Part shown: piece after piece, positions 14,964-24,785 of the stretch
Layout of the letters: each line of letters opens with the position of its first letter
Numbering within the stretch: the first letter of the stretch is position 1
Origin: a virus
Length of the DNA: 64,000 nucleotides
IMG/VR virus record: IMGVR_UViG_3300030061_003170
Reading direction: 5' to 3' (one strand)
The notes under the pieces: generated by a model
What the model saw: only the letters and a program-made list of their open reading frames with translations
Database searches by the model: none
What the model was told of the DNA's origin: nothing
Made by a program: the position numbers and the translations under genes

Positions 14964-15542
14964 TTACGGACGTATGTTACTAAATAAAATCTTGATTGAT
15001 TGTCTCAAAGATTTTGATAGTAGGCGTGGATACACCTCTTTGCACTCCTCTGGTGGGTCATAAGGAACTGATCCTTGAGTGGGGTGTGGCACCCTTCTGC
15101 GCGGGGGAGTTCGGCACTCTGTCTTTACAACTTCAGTGGTTGAGGATGCGGCCCTGAGTTTACCGTAGTTATCATAAATCTTCATTGATACACCAAGCAT
15201 TTCCTTCGTCAAGTGTATGTTGGTCATTACATACCAGTGATCATTATTGAGAGAGCATTCATAAGTGCTGGCTTGATAGTCACAATCCTTTGCGTAAAGA
15301 TTGCTTAGGTCATCAAAGATAACTGGTTCAAGGTCTGTTGGGAAATAATGGTGAGCATACTGTGCTGCCATACCACTAATGATTGAATTAGTGTGTGTCT
15401 CATTCAGAACTCTTGTTTCGTCAACAATTATTGCACTGTCTATGTAAACTTCTGGTGGCTTATCTTCTACGACTATCGTCTCTTTTGCGACAGTCTCAGG
15501 TGGCTGACCGGCAAGGGCTGTTAGCATTAGCAATAAAATCAT
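14964..15542 (-). CDS. secreted hypothetical protein
   Basis: start MILLLMLTALAG (signal peptide) with GGAG SD. Confidence 0.75.
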   Translation of the reverse strand: MILLLMLTALAGQPPETVAKETIVVEDKPPEVYIDSAIIVDETRVLNETHTNSIISGMAAQYAHHYFPTDLEPVIFDDLSNLYAKDCDYQASTYECSLNNDHWYVMTNIHLTKEMLGVSMKIYDNYGKLRAASSTTEVVKTECRTPPRRRVPHPTQGSVPYDPPEECKEVYPRLLSKSLRQSIKILFSNIRP

Positions 15543-16717
15543 TCTCTCCTCCGTAAAACGAATGGTGTAACCAAAAGACCTAGCCAAACTGCCTTGTCCA
15601 CTGAATTACATCCAGTTTTGACTGGTGCTGGAGTATCTCCATCTAATTCTAGTTCCCCCTCAGAGGCTTCAGAATCGCCTGTGTCTTCTTGTTCAGGTGC
15701 AGCAGTGTCTTCTTCCTCCACTTCCTCTACCGGCTCTTCAGCAGGCTCAGAGGACGGCTCAGGCTCCTCATAGAATGGTGGCGCAATCTCTACGCCTTGA
15801 AGACTAAGGCCTAACTCATAGGCGAACGGGTTTATGTTTCCGATGTCAAAGTTAGACACAAAGTTGAACTGGTCCATGTAAAAGTTGTGACCAAACTCTA
15901 CCTGAATTGGTAGAAAGTATTCATAGTATGCAGATTGGTTAGCACGCTCTCCTAAGTTGAGGTAGGTGTCCCATGCCATCAAGTCTGCTCGACCGTTCAC
16001 AAACACATCCCACTCATACAGTGTGGTTTCGTATTGTGTCTGAACCATAAATTCAGAGTTAAGGTAACCTTTTGATTGTATCTCCGCAGATCCGGCTATA
16101 TTTCCACCAACAGGAACACCGTTGATGTTTGTTCCATCAGGTAAACTCAAAGCCGTCATGGCTGAACCCTCGGCTCCAGCAGATACATTAGCACCTATGC
16201 CATACTGGTTCGATACGCTAATCTGCCCATAAGCATCAATGCCATAGTTCTCAAAAGGAACGGCCCAGTCCCAACGGAATGCACCTTGCTCTCGTGACAC
16301 GTCAGTAATTGCTTCAACGGAGACAACAGGGTATTCTCCCCAGTCTTGCCAGTCATCAGCCCATAACTCACAGTCAGTGCCGCCAAGATACCAAGGACAA
16401 TCTCGTCCCGGTGTTGCTCTTACTTTGACCACTGCAACATAAAAGTCCGAACCTCTATCTATCGAAGACTGAAACCAGAAAAACTCTATGATACCATCAA
16501 CAGAGTTTCCGTAGTTGTCTGAGTTTCCGACATAAAGAGTGTTTCCCTCAAAGAAAGCATAAGCCTGGTCTGACTGTTCATAGTTTGCATCTGTTACTTC
16601 GTTGAACCAGACATCGGTATCGCCCTCCAAGATTGTTGCGCCAGTGTATGAAGTCTCTGGAACATTGAGGGCATCTGCCGAAGCAATGCCCAGTAGTGAA
16701 CTTAGTAACCAAATCAT
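15539..16717 (-). CDS. secreted beta-rich protein with acidic linker and MYXO-CTERM-like sorting signal
   Basis: signal peptide MIWLLSSLLGIASA; C-terminus KTGCNSVDKAVWLGLLVTPFVLRRRE. Confidence 0.75.
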   Translation of the reverse strand: MIWLLSSLLGIASADALNVPETSYTGATILEGDTDVWFNEVTDANYEQSDQAYAFFEGNTLYVGNSDNYGNSVDGIIEFFWFQSSIDRGSDFYVAVVKVRATPGRDCPWYLGGTDCELWADDWQDWGEYPVVSVEAITDVSREQGAFRWDWAVPFENYGIDAYGQISVSNQYGIGANVSAGAEGSAMTALSLPDGTNINGVPVGGNIAGSAEIQSKGYLNSEFMVQTQYETTLYEWDVFVNGRADLMAWDTYLNLGERANQSAYYEYFLPIQVEFGHNFYMDQFNFVSNFDIGNINPFAYELGLSLQGVEIAPPFYEEPEPSSEPAEEPVEEVEEEDTAAPEQEDTGDSEASEGELELDGDTPAPVKTGCNSVDKAVWLGLLVTPFVLRRRE

Positions 16718-16727
16718 TTTTTTATCC

Positions 16728-17000
16728 TTAATCTGCTGTGTGTTGGTATTTTTTACCATCGAAGTAATTCATAAGATCAGTGTAGCCACCAATAAACTCT
16801 TCGGTGTTCTTCTCATCATTATAAACACTTATCATTGGCACTGTTGGCCAACGATTGTTTTTTAGGCTATGAGCCTCTCGTAAAGACTGATTGCCTGAGA
16901 CATCTATTATCTCAACGCTATGCTTGCGCTTCAATAATTCCTCTACTGCTTTCTTGCAAAAGCCACAATCGCCCTTGAATACAACTTTGAACTTTGTCAT
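16728..17000 (-). CDS. grx: glutaredoxin
   Basis: CGFC, WPTVP, FIGGYTDL. Confidence 0.9.
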   Translation of the reverse strand: MTKFKVVFKGDCGFCKKAVEELLKRKHSVEIIDVSGNQSLREAHSLKNNRWPTVPMISVYNDEKNTEEFIGGYTDLMNYFDGKKYQHTAD

Positions 17001-17266
17001 CCTTTTAATAATCCTCTATTTTTTATTCTTCTGCTTAGTGAACCCGGGTCACCAACCACAACGTGCTGTCGTGGCTCTGCATAACCAGTTGAAACAACAA
17101 CTCTTGAGTATTTTGCCTGTGGTGCGAGGCCAATGGCTTGCGACTCTCTTATTACTTCTTGGCTTGGCGGCTCTTCGGTTATTGATAAGATCCAGTCTGG
17201 GTTGACGTAGAATTCTTTGAGACGGTATCTGCCGTCCTCTTTTACAATTTCAACCAAACTAACCAT
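16997..17266 (-). CDS. FlbD-like small protein
   Basis: LVEI...FYVNPDWILSI pattern. Confidence 0.55.
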   Translation of the reverse strand: MVSLVEIVKEDGRYRLKEFYVNPDWILSITEEPPSQEVIRESQAIGLAPQAKYSRVVVSTGYAEPRQHVVVGDPGSLSRRIKNRGLLKG

Positions 17267-17498
17267 AGCACACCTCTTTTTTGTTCTCTGCAAAGTATCT
17301 TATCTCTCTATTCTCGATCTCCCAAATCTTTGAGTCGATCATGACCCTGCTGTAACCTCTTTTGTTTTGACCAGCATAAACACCAATCTGAGGTTTTGCA
17401 GTTACACTTATTGGAGAGAACAGGTTGTCATTCTCGGACCACTTCCGGTGCAGGACTGTCCCCTGCGGAATCCATACTAGGTCTCCCTTCTCGTACAT
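17259..17498 (-). CDS. GDLV-like SH3 protein (dispersed copy)
   Basis: MYEKGDLVWIP. Confidence 0.7.
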   Translation of the reverse strand: MYEKGDLVWIPQGTVLHRKWSENDNLFSPISVTAKPQIGVYAGQNKRGYSRVMIDSKIWEIENREIRYFAENKKEVCYG

Positions 17499-17775
17499 CT
17501 TCATCTCCTGTATAAAAATCTATTAGCCCAGTCAAGATTGACTGTACATCATTGAGGATCGCATCGGCATCAGCAATCTCTAGTCGTGTACTGTCAATCT
17601 TAGAATTAACTAGGTTTAAAGTATTAGAATCACCATCGCTTTCAACTATTGTTTCGAGGTTTTTTTCCAAAACGTCAATGCCTTGTTTCAATTTGATGAT
17701 CGATCTAATTGTCAAGTCTCTCAATTCGCTTGGAACATCATCCAGTTCCACGCCATAAGATATTCTAACTCTCAT
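17428..17775 (-). CDS. hypothetical helical protein
   Basis: GGAGG SD, promoter at 17797-17825. Confidence 0.7.
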   Translation of the reverse strand: MRVRISYGVELDDVPSELRDLTIRSIIKLKQGIDVLEKNLETIVESDGDSNTLNLVNSKIDSTRLEIADADAILNDVQSILTGLIDFYTGDEDVREGRPSMDSAGDSPAPEVVRE

Positions 17776-17829
17776 TTTTCCTCCAGTTATAAATGTAATA
17801 TAACCGATTAGTAATTGTCTGTCAAGTAT

Positions 17830-18093
17830 TTATTGGAAGATTCCCAAATAAATAGAGTTTATGACCAAGCCAGTGACAGCAAGGCCAACGGTCCAGATAA
17901 CTCTAGATACACTGGCTTGCCATTGCTCTAAGTCTCTAAGGCGAGCATAGAGTCCTTGATCAGGGTTATAAATGGCTTCCTTGATCTTCTTAACGTCTTC
18001 GATCATTTCGTCTTGTTTGTCTGCCATTCTTTCAATTGTCATTGTCAAACGAACGATAGCATCTTTCAGTTCTTGAATCTCTTTCTCATCCAC
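17830..18093 (-). CDS. XhlA/hemolysin-like membrane protein (possible lysis gene)
   Basis: coiled coil, RLRDLEQW, C-terminal TM helix; preceded by an ACTAATTA motif. Confidence 0.55.
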   Translation of the reverse strand: MDEKEIQELKDAIVRLTMTIERMADKQDEMIEDVKKIKEAIYNPDQGLYARLRDLEQWQASVSRVIWTVGLAVTGLVINSIYLGIFQ

Positions 18094-18119
18094 AATCTAA
18101 CCCTCCACACTAATTAGTA

Positions 18120-19688
18120 TCAGTCCGAAACAATAGCATGCGAAGTTGTCAGTAAAGTTCCTGCTGCTGATGCAGCATTCTTCAAAGCCGAGGTTGTAAC
18201 TTTACAAGGGTCGATAATACCTGACTCGTACATATTGGTTATTTTTCTTCTCAAGAAGTCATAGCCATTATCACCTGTCTCATCTTTAATCTTTGAGACA
18301 ATAATATCAGCAGACTCTCCAGCATTTGTTGCCATTTGTCTGATTGGTGCTTGGCATGCCATGAGAATAACTTGTGCCCCAATTGATTGTTCATCATTAT
18401 CTGTCTCAACGAACAAGTCGGTTGTCGCACGTAACAGGGCCACGCCCCCACCCGGGAGGGTACCTAGGTCCCTTGCGGCCCTAACGGCCTCCAGTGCATC
18501 ATCAATACGATGCTTCTTCTCAATCATTTCGATTTCTGTGGCTGCTCCGACTTTGATGACTGCGACTCCCGAAGCAAGTCGAGTGATACGTTCTTGAAGT
18601 CGTTCACACTCAGATAGGTTGTCAGTCTGTTGTATCTCGTTCTTAATCGCCTCAATGCGCGTATCGATCTCCTCACCATTACCTTTTCCTCCAATGATTG
18701 TTGTCCATCCTTTCATGATCCTAATGTTTTTACATCCACCAAATTGAGGTAACTCAATCTCTTTCAAGAGCAGACCATCCTCCCTGGTGATAAATGTTGC
18801 ACCAATTGTGGCGCAAAGGTCTCTAAGGATATTTCTTCTTTCTTCTCCGTACTTTGGAGACTTAACGGCACAGATTTTCATTGTTCCACGTACAGCGTTG
18901 GCAATCAAAGCAGCAAGTGCTTGTCCTTCAAAGTCATTACCAATAATGAGAAGCGGACGGTTGTCTCTTGCTGCAATCTCTAGAGTTGGCATGATCTGAT
19001 CTATTTGTTCAATCTTTTCATCAGTAACAAGAACCAGTGGGTTGTCGTAATCAACAGTCCCAGTCCTCTCGTTGTTGATAAACTTGCTAGAAACATACCC
19101 AGAATCAAATCTAAAGCCCTCAATCAAGTCAAGAGAGGTCTCCATGCTTCGTGCTTCTTCCACAAGAACAGAGCCATCCTTGCCTGCCTTATCAACTGCT
19201 GTTGCAATCAGTGTGCCAATCGCTTCATCATTATTTGCTGAGATTGTGGCAATGTGCTTAATATCATCAACTGTCTGAATTGGTCGCGACATGTCCGTCA
19301 GACGTTCGCAAACTGCTTCAACCGCCTTGTCCATACCTCTCTTCATTTCCACAGGGGAAACACCAGATACGAGGTATTGCTGTGCAGTCTTAAGGATGCT
19401 GCGCGCAAGTACAGTTGCGGTGGTTGTTCCGTCACCAGCAACGCTGACTGATTGCTCTGCCGCTTGCTTGATGACTTGCGCACCAAGGTTCATGAACGGA
19501 TCTTCGCAGGTAACAAACTTTGCTACGGTCACTCCGTCTTTTGTAATTACAGGAACGTCTTGCCCCTTGTGATATAATGCTACGTTACGCCCACGGGGGC
19601 CTAGGGTAGTAGCAACGTTATCTGCTAAAAGATCAACGCCCTCAATGATTTTCGCATTAAGGGGTTGACCGTTCTTAAAATGTTTCAC
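18120..19688 (-). CDS. groEL: phage-encoded chaperonin GroEL
   Basis: TLGPRGRNV, ITKDGVTVA, AGDGTTTATVLA, GGGVAL, GIIDP. Confidence 0.97.
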   Translation of the reverse strand: MKHFKNGQPLNAKIIEGVDLLADNVATTLGPRGRNVALYHKGQDVPVITKDGVTVAKFVTCEDPFMNLGAQVIKQAAEQSVSVAGDGTTTATVLARSILKTAQQYLVSGVSPVEMKRGMDKAVEAVCERLTDMSRPIQTVDDIKHIATISANNDEAIGTLIATAVDKAGKDGSVLVEEARSMETSLDLIEGFRFDSGYVSSKFINNERTGTVDYDNPLVLVTDEKIEQIDQIMPTLEIAARDNRPLLIIGNDFEGQALAALIANAVRGTMKICAVKSPKYGEERRNILRDLCATIGATFITREDGLLLKEIELPQFGGCKNIRIMKGWTTIIGGKGNGEEIDTRIEAIKNEIQQTDNLSECERLQERITRLASGVAVIKVGAATEIEMIEKKHRIDDALEAVRAARDLGTLPGGGVALLRATTDLFVETDNDEQSIGAQVILMACQAPIRQMATNAGESADIIVSKIKDETGDNGYDFLRRKITNMYESGIIDPCKVTTSALKNAASAAGTLLTTSHAIVSD

Positions 19689-19702
19689 TTTTCCTCCAAA
19701 GG

Positions 19703-20932
19703 TTATTTCTCTTTACTTATTATAACCTCTTCTATGAGTTTGTCAAGGGAAAAGTGTAACTTTTTTTCTTTTTGTTCCATTACACCATCAGCAACTTTAT
19801 CATCACATGATCCAACACTGAATGCTTTGAAAGTAAAATCAGAGCCAGAACTTAAGTGGTCCTGTAATTGATCAAAGTTTTCTCTCTCAAGTGTTGATAT
19901 ATAACTAACAATCAGTTGCTTCATTTGTCCATACCAAGCATCGAGGACAGAGAGAGAATCGAACACCTCTTGCATTTCGCTACGAAGTGCATTGTTAAAA
20001 CTCTCTGGGGTTAACAGAGATTGCAATTCGTAAGTTGCTTTCTCTGCAACATCAGGGTCATTGCTTGACAGCACGTTATTCAGAGAGTCTATGTCATAAT
20101 ACTCAACTCCCTTAACTTCCTGTGGTATTGCCGAGCCGATGATGTCAGCCTTAGTGATCTTGTAAGCGTTGATTGAAATGTCACCACCACTACCAACAAA
20201 TGAAAGATAATAAAGTCCCCCATCGTTTATTGGATCAGTAGGTGGGTTAATAAATTTTCTATCTTCACTCTTTGCTACAGTAGAGTTACGTATGGTGCGG
20301 TGACCTTTGTCCAGCGGCATTGAGTAAGGTATTGATAGGGTCTCCAATAAGTTACCAAAAGAACCTCCGAGTTTTGACTTGGCCTTTACTTTAAGTGAGA
20401 CACCAACTCTGAGGCCTCCACGTTCGACGATGATGTCTTCAACACCACCAGTACGTGAGGGAACAGTCTGGCCACCCATAAGAGTTGCCATATAAGCCTC
20501 GTTTACATAACCACCAGCAGACCTATTGAACTGCTCAGTGATTGAAATCAAACCAGCAGATAAAGCAATCTTTGACATCAATCCGCCAAGGCTTGAACAA
20601 CGCTCGCTCAAGACCTCTTGAGACTTAAAATCAAAGAAACTAAACGAATCAACCAAAGATTGAGCAGAAGACAAGTCAATACTGACATTCGCGCTAGACA
20701 TCAGGGTGTTTAATGCTGCACTGGATGATTTGAGAATCTTATCTGATTCAGTTCCAGTAACAAGAATGTCTGCTATCTCTGCTAAGTCAAGCCCAAGATT
20801 GTCCATACTCTTTGGCGCTGCTGCTTTCTTCTCAACACCACCTTTCTCTTCCTCGTTAAGGACGGGGCTTTTGTGAAGTTCGCGCTTTTCTGCTAGCAAT
20901 TTATCAACTAATTCATCCAGAATGCTTCTCAT
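19703..20932 (-). CDS. hypothetical protein with possible PD-(D/E)XK-like core
   Basis: GYVNEAY...VEDII...VSLK; LxxLIEEVI terminal motifs. Confidence 0.55.
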   Translation of the reverse strand: MRSILDELVDKLLAEKRELHKSPVLNEEEKGGVEKKAAAPKSMDNLGLDLAEIADILVTGTESDKILKSSSAALNTLMSSANVSIDLSSAQSLVDSFSFFDFKSQEVLSERCSSLGGLMSKIALSAGLISITEQFNRSAGGYVNEAYMATLMGGQTVPSRTGGVEDIIVERGGLRVGVSLKVKAKSKLGGSFGNLLETLSIPYSMPLDKGHRTIRNSTVAKSEDRKFINPPTDPINDGGLYYLSFVGSGGDISINAYKITKADIIGSAIPQEVKGVEYYDIDSLNNVLSSNDPDVAEKATYELQSLLTPESFNNALRSEMQEVFDSLSVLDAWYGQMKQLIVSYISTLERENFDQLQDHLSSGSDFTFKAFSVGSCDDKVADGVMEQKEKKLHFSLDKLIEEVIISKEK

Positions 20933-21822
20933 TTAATGTCCTCCAATAACTTTTTAATGTCCAAACCAGCACAATCTATCTTTCGATTGGTCAAATGATA
21001 GTGGCTTACAAAGCCTTCAAATCTTCCATCAGCCACCGGTTTACTTACTTTGGTACTAGTGTTGCCTTTTCTATCCAAAGGGGCCTTCAGGGGGATTCCT
21101 GTGGCTGTATGGACGGCTTTCATTAGTGCTTGCAGTGCTTGAAGTTGAACTGGGTAGAAACCAAGGTGAGTCTCCAGTTTTTTACCATGAACCATAGCAT
21201 CTCTGACCACTGGTCTTTCTCCGAAACCTTTTCTCTTGTACCAATCTTGATACTTTGGATAGAAAGCGTTAGCAATCTCAACACCAACAGAAGCATTGTT
21301 CCATTTGCGAGAACCAGCATGGTAAGCAACATCATTCATGTCCATGAATTGATAGATGGTTCCATCGTTGTCAATGGCGAAGTGAACAGAGATGCCTCTC
21401 TTCTTCAGTACTTTAAAGCAAGTCTCGGAAGAAAGGCAAACGTCCCAATGACACACGAAAAACTTTGGGTCTCTCTTCTGTGTCATCTTTCTGAAGCCTT
21501 TGGTCAACTTGTAACCATCGCCCTCAAAGAAAAGACGGACGTTTGGCCATTCAATCGGTAGATAGTCTGAGTTATAGACAATGAAAGACTCTCTGTTCTG
21601 CTTCATTGACTTTGGCTGATAGTCTTCGAGGTTAGCCACTCTATCGTTGTAAACACGTCGATAGGTGGTAGGACCCATAAGGCCATCTGCCGTTAGATTA
21701 TGCTCTTTTTGGAACTTTATGATAGCATTGATGAGATCCTCATCAAAATCATCGCAACCAAACCACTCAGGTGTCCACCCAAGTTTTGCAGCAGAGCCTT
21801 CATTGTAAAAAACCTTATCCAT
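20929..21822 (-). CDS. endolysin: PG-binding domain plus N-acetylmuramoyl-L-alanine amidase (amidase_2)
   Basis: FQKEHNLTADGLMGPTT; VCHW, SVHF, AYHAG, SVGVE, SHY, KIDC. Confidence 0.9.
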   Translation of the reverse strand: MDKVFYNEGSAAKLGWTPEWFGCDDFDEDLINAIIKFQKEHNLTADGLMGPTTYRRVYNDRVANLEDYQPKSMKQNRESFIVYNSDYLPIEWPNVRLFFEGDGYKLTKGFRKMTQKRDPKFFVCHWDVCLSSETCFKVLKKRGISVHFAIDNDGTIYQFMDMNDVAYHAGSRKWNNASVGVEIANAFYPKYQDWYKRKGFGERPVVRDAMVHGKKLETHLGFYPVQLQALQALMKAVHTATGIPLKAPLDRKGNTSTKVSKPVADGRFEGFVSHYHLTNRKIDCAGLDIKKLLEDIK

Positions 21823-22493
21823 CAGTAAACCTCGTCAGCCAAGCCTTTCTCAATGGCTTCTTCAGCGCTTAGATACACGTTAACCTTTCTGTTAATTAGG
21901 CTTTGAATTTGCTTTTTGCTCATCTCAGTCTCATCAGACATAGCCTGAATGTAAGATTCTTGCAGTAGGTTCATTTGCTCAAGTTCATTTTTGATTGAAT
22001 GTAACTCTCCCATAGAACCGCCGGCCACAGAGTGAATCATAATTCTTGTATGTGCCCCAACTCTACGATGCCCTTTCGTTCCACAAGCCAACATCAGCGT
22101 TCCTGCCGACATTACCTTTCCAAGGCCAATAGTTTCAATAACGACACCCTGGGCTTTAATGTGGTTTATTACATCATAAATTGCAAACATCTCGTCTGCT
22201 GCTCCACCATAAGTTGAGACATAAAGTTTGATGGGGTCAATTTCACCCTCTGAGTTCTTTTGTTTTGATAGAACGAGTAGGGCTGTGATAATTTCTGCAC
22301 CTCTTTCTTCGTTCAAGTCTCCACTGAAATAGATTGATCGAGCCTCAGGATTTTCTTCAGCGGCTCCTGCTAATAATGTCAATAAGTCGGCTGCAGTTGC
22401 TTCCTCTGACTCTTCCACTTCTTCCACTTCCGGTGGTACTTCTTTTTCTTTATCTTTTTTAGTTTTCTTTGTCTTCTTAGTAACCTTTGTCAT
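21822..22493 (-). CDS. clpP: ClpP-like protease subunit
   Basis: IKLYVSTYGG, GKVMSAG, IMIHS, YLSAEEAIEKGLAD. Confidence 0.9.
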   Translation of the reverse strand: MTKVTKKTKKTKKDKEKEVPPEVEEVEESEEATAADLLTLLAGAAEENPEARSIYFSGDLNEERGAEIITALLVLSKQKNSEGEIDPIKLYVSTYGGAADEMFAIYDVINHIKAQGVVIETIGLGKVMSAGTLMLACGTKGHRRVGAHTRIMIHSVAGGSMGELHSIKNELEQMNLLQESYIQAMSDETEMSKKQIQSLINRKVNVYLSAEEAIEKGLADEVY

Positions 22494-22530
22494 TTTAACT
22501 CCCGTGTTTGACAATTTCACAAAATAAAAA

Positions 22531-22550
22531 GGAGAGGATTGCTCCTCTCC
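22531..22550 (-). terminator. rho-independent terminator abutting promoter 22553-22580
   Basis: ggagagga-ttgc-tcctctcc stem plus U tract on the minus strand. Confidence 0.75.
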
Positions 22551-22587
22551 CTATTATAACACATATTTAAGGGGTGTCAAGTGATAA

Positions 22588-23121
22588 TCACTTGTTTCCA
22601 AGAGCGCGGTTAAGTCTTCTTTGTGCTCTTTTGGCTTCGTTGAGACGACGTGCAACTCGACGTGCAACTTCCTCAACAACTTCTTTTCGGCTTGGCTCTA
22701 CAGAAACACCTTCGAGCATGTCTTCAGGCATCTCAGGCTCAGGCATATCCATTGCATCCTCAGCGCCAGCCAATTCAGCATCGGCCTCCATGTCATCCAT
22801 TTCAGCATCAGCGCCCATGATTCCCTCAAGTTTCTTGCCAAGTTCAATCAAAACTCGTGCTTCTTCCTCAGTGAGGTCAAGATCGCCACTAGGTGCATCC
22901 ATTTCTGGTTCCATTTCTGGTGCATCCATTGGTTCCATATCCATCTCTTCTTTTTCTTCTTCGTGCATATCTTCTTTCATTTCATGCTTTTCTTCGTCCA
23001 TGTGAGCACCTTCTTCAAGGTCCTCATCTTTCTTGGCATAAGCCATTTCGTTTACGACAGGCATGTTGGCAAGTGATTGAAAGCGACGGATTTGTGCTTC
23101 TGATAATAATTTCTTAGACAT
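22588..23121 (-). CDS. acidic low-complexity protein, possibly head-associated
   Basis: LLSEAQIRRFQSLAN N-terminus, E/D/M/P repeats; late-type motif upstream. Confidence 0.7.
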   Translation of the reverse strand: MSKKLLSEAQIRRFQSLANMPVVNEMAYAKKDEDLEEGAHMDEEKHEMKEDMHEEEKEEMDMEPMDAPEMEPEMDAPSGDLDLTEEEARVLIELGKKLEGIMGADAEMDDMEADAELAGAEDAMDMPEPEMPEDMLEGVSVEPSRKEVVEEVARRVARRLNEAKRAQRRLNRALGNK

Positions 23122-23190
23122 AACAGTAATTCTCCTTATATTATGTGTTACTGACATAAATAGAACTTAAAAAAGAAAAAAGACTCTCTT

Positions 23191-23514
23191 TCACAGTTCT
23201 GGGTGCTCTTTTGCTATGATGTCAAAGATGTTATCAATTTCATCGTCACCTAAGCCAAGTTTATTTACCAATTCTTCGCCCTGGTTTCTTTCGGAGCGGA
23301 TTCTTGATCTTGCTTTCTTTTGCCTAGCGGTGCCTTTCTTGTCTTTGTAATCCTCGATAAAATCCTCAATGAGGTCTTCTCTTTCAATTACTGCTTCCAC
23401 ACAGGCTCGGAAGAACTCAGATTGAGACATAGAGTGATACTCCATTCTCAACTTAAACTGAGCATGGTACTCTTCCTTGCCATAGAATGTGAACTTCTTT
23501 TTGTATTCAGACAT
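23191..23514 (-). CDS. putative ribbon-helix-helix DNA-binding protein
   Basis: KKFTFY...HAQFKL...SQSEFFRACV pattern. Confidence 0.55.
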   Translation of the reverse strand: MSEYKKKFTFYGKEEYHAQFKLRMEYHSMSQSEFFRACVEAVIEREDLIEDFIEDYKDKKGTARQKKARSRIRSERNQGEELVNKLGLGDDEIDNIFDIIAKEHPEL

Positions 23515-23975
23515 TATGAGCCAGTAGAGCCAAACCCGCCTTCTCCTCTGTCGGAAATGCAGACTGGTCGATTATAAATAGTACCACTTGGCTCTTCTTG
23601 ACACTGAAAATGATAAACAGGCAATAAAACTAGTTGGGCTATCTTATCGCCAGGCGCTATCATTTGAGGCCTCATACTTACATTATGGAGATTTATGAAA
23701 ACTTCTCCGCTGTAGCCGGGATCAATTACACATGCTCCAACAAGCAGTTGTTTCTTTGATGCCATTGAGGATCTGTTCTTGACTTCCAGCATAAAACCAT
23801 GTGGAACTTCAAACCTTAGTCCCGTCTCTAGAACTACAGATTCTCCTGGTCCAACGGTTAGTGGAGAAGAATCTGCTGTCGAAGGACAATAGAACACGTC
23901 AAGCCCGGCATCAGAGGGATTTGATCGAGAGGGTGCTTTCACACCCAATCTGGTTTTTTCATACCTCAGGATCAT
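23514..23975 (-). CDS. dut: trimeric dUTPase
   Basis: DAGLDV, RSS, VIDPGYSGE, DKIAQLV, RGEGGFGSTG; start corrected to MILRYEK. Confidence 0.95.
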   Translation of the reverse strand: MILRYEKTRLGVKAPSRSNPSDAGLDVFYCPSTADSSPLTVGPGESVVLETGLRFEVPHGFMLEVKNRSSMASKKQLLVGACVIDPGYSGEVFINLHNVSMRPQMIAPGDKIAQLVLLPVYHFQCQEEPSGTIYNRPVCISDRGEGGFGSTGS

Positions 23976-24204
23976 TTGTTTCCTCCGATGGCATGGATTT
24001 AAGCAAAGAATCAAACTTAATAAATGCTGTTCGCAAATGATTAAGAGATGTTTCGTATTGCTCTTTAGACATTTCTCCAAACTCTTCAGCCTGGTATGCT
24101 CCAAGATAAGCATTGAATGTCTCAGACAAAGCAAATGCTGCTACGGCAAGATCTGCCTTTGTCAGGCGGAGTGTATCCTCCGCATTTTCATTAGTTACTT
24201 CCAT
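23959..24204 (-). CDS. hypothetical protein
   Basis: translationally coupled ORF in the operon. Confidence 0.7.
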   Translation of the reverse strand: MEVTNENAEDTLRLTKADLAVAAFALSETFNAYLGAYQAEEFGEMSKEQYETSLNHLRTAFIKFDSLLKSMPSEETNDPEV

Positions 24205-24413
24205 TATGAAACCCCCATGCTCATTGATGCTGCACGTTGAATGTAATCAACTGCTGCTTCGATTGATGTAAATTTTGTGGTGATTGCTTTGCCATTAGAG
24301 TAAATAACAGCACAACTGTGCATAGAATCTGACCAGAACTCTACGTGACCAATACTATCTGTATTAATCGCTATTATTTCATTTTTTTGATTTTTTATCG
24401 TAATAAATCTCAT
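24204..24413 (-). CDS. FlbD-like small protein
   Basis: MRFITI...IAINTDSIGHVE pattern. Confidence 0.55.
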   Translation of the reverse strand: MRFITIKNQKNEIIAINTDSIGHVEFWSDSMHSCAVIYSNGKAITTKFTSIEAAVDYIQRAASMSMGVS

Positions 24414-24709
24414 TTTCCCTCCTTTTTTCTAAGTGATTCGTAGATGTCAATCAGTTGGTCAAGATCTACTTCTGTCTTCAGTAGACGATAAGCCTTTACT
24501 GTGAGGCTGATGTCTTCTTTTGTTAGCCAACCATTTTCAATGTAGTTGCCTTTTAGTTCTCGCTTCTGCTCTTTGTAAGGTTCCATAGCCTCTTCAAGTG
24601 CTTTTATTGATGCAATGTAGTCAGCCATATGCTGTTCTTTGCTTTTCTCTTCTTCTACTTGCTGATGCATTGCGACTACGTTCTGTAATCCTCTCTCAAA
24701 TCTAGTCAT
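24410..24709 (-). CDS. GapR/T4 DsbA-like dsDNA-binding protein
   Basis: IASIKALEEAM...KRELK...NG...VKAYR helical pattern. Confidence 0.55.
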   Translation of the reverse strand: MTRFERGLQNVVAMHQQVEEEKSKEQHMADYIASIKALEEAMEPYKEQKRELKGNYIENGWLTKEDISLTVKAYRLLKTEVDLDQLIDIYESLRKKEGK

Positions 24710-24785
24710 TTTCACCTCCTGTTTTTTTGACTATAATATTAATGTAACATACCCTCGACAATTTGTCAAGGGCTTTTTGTTACTT

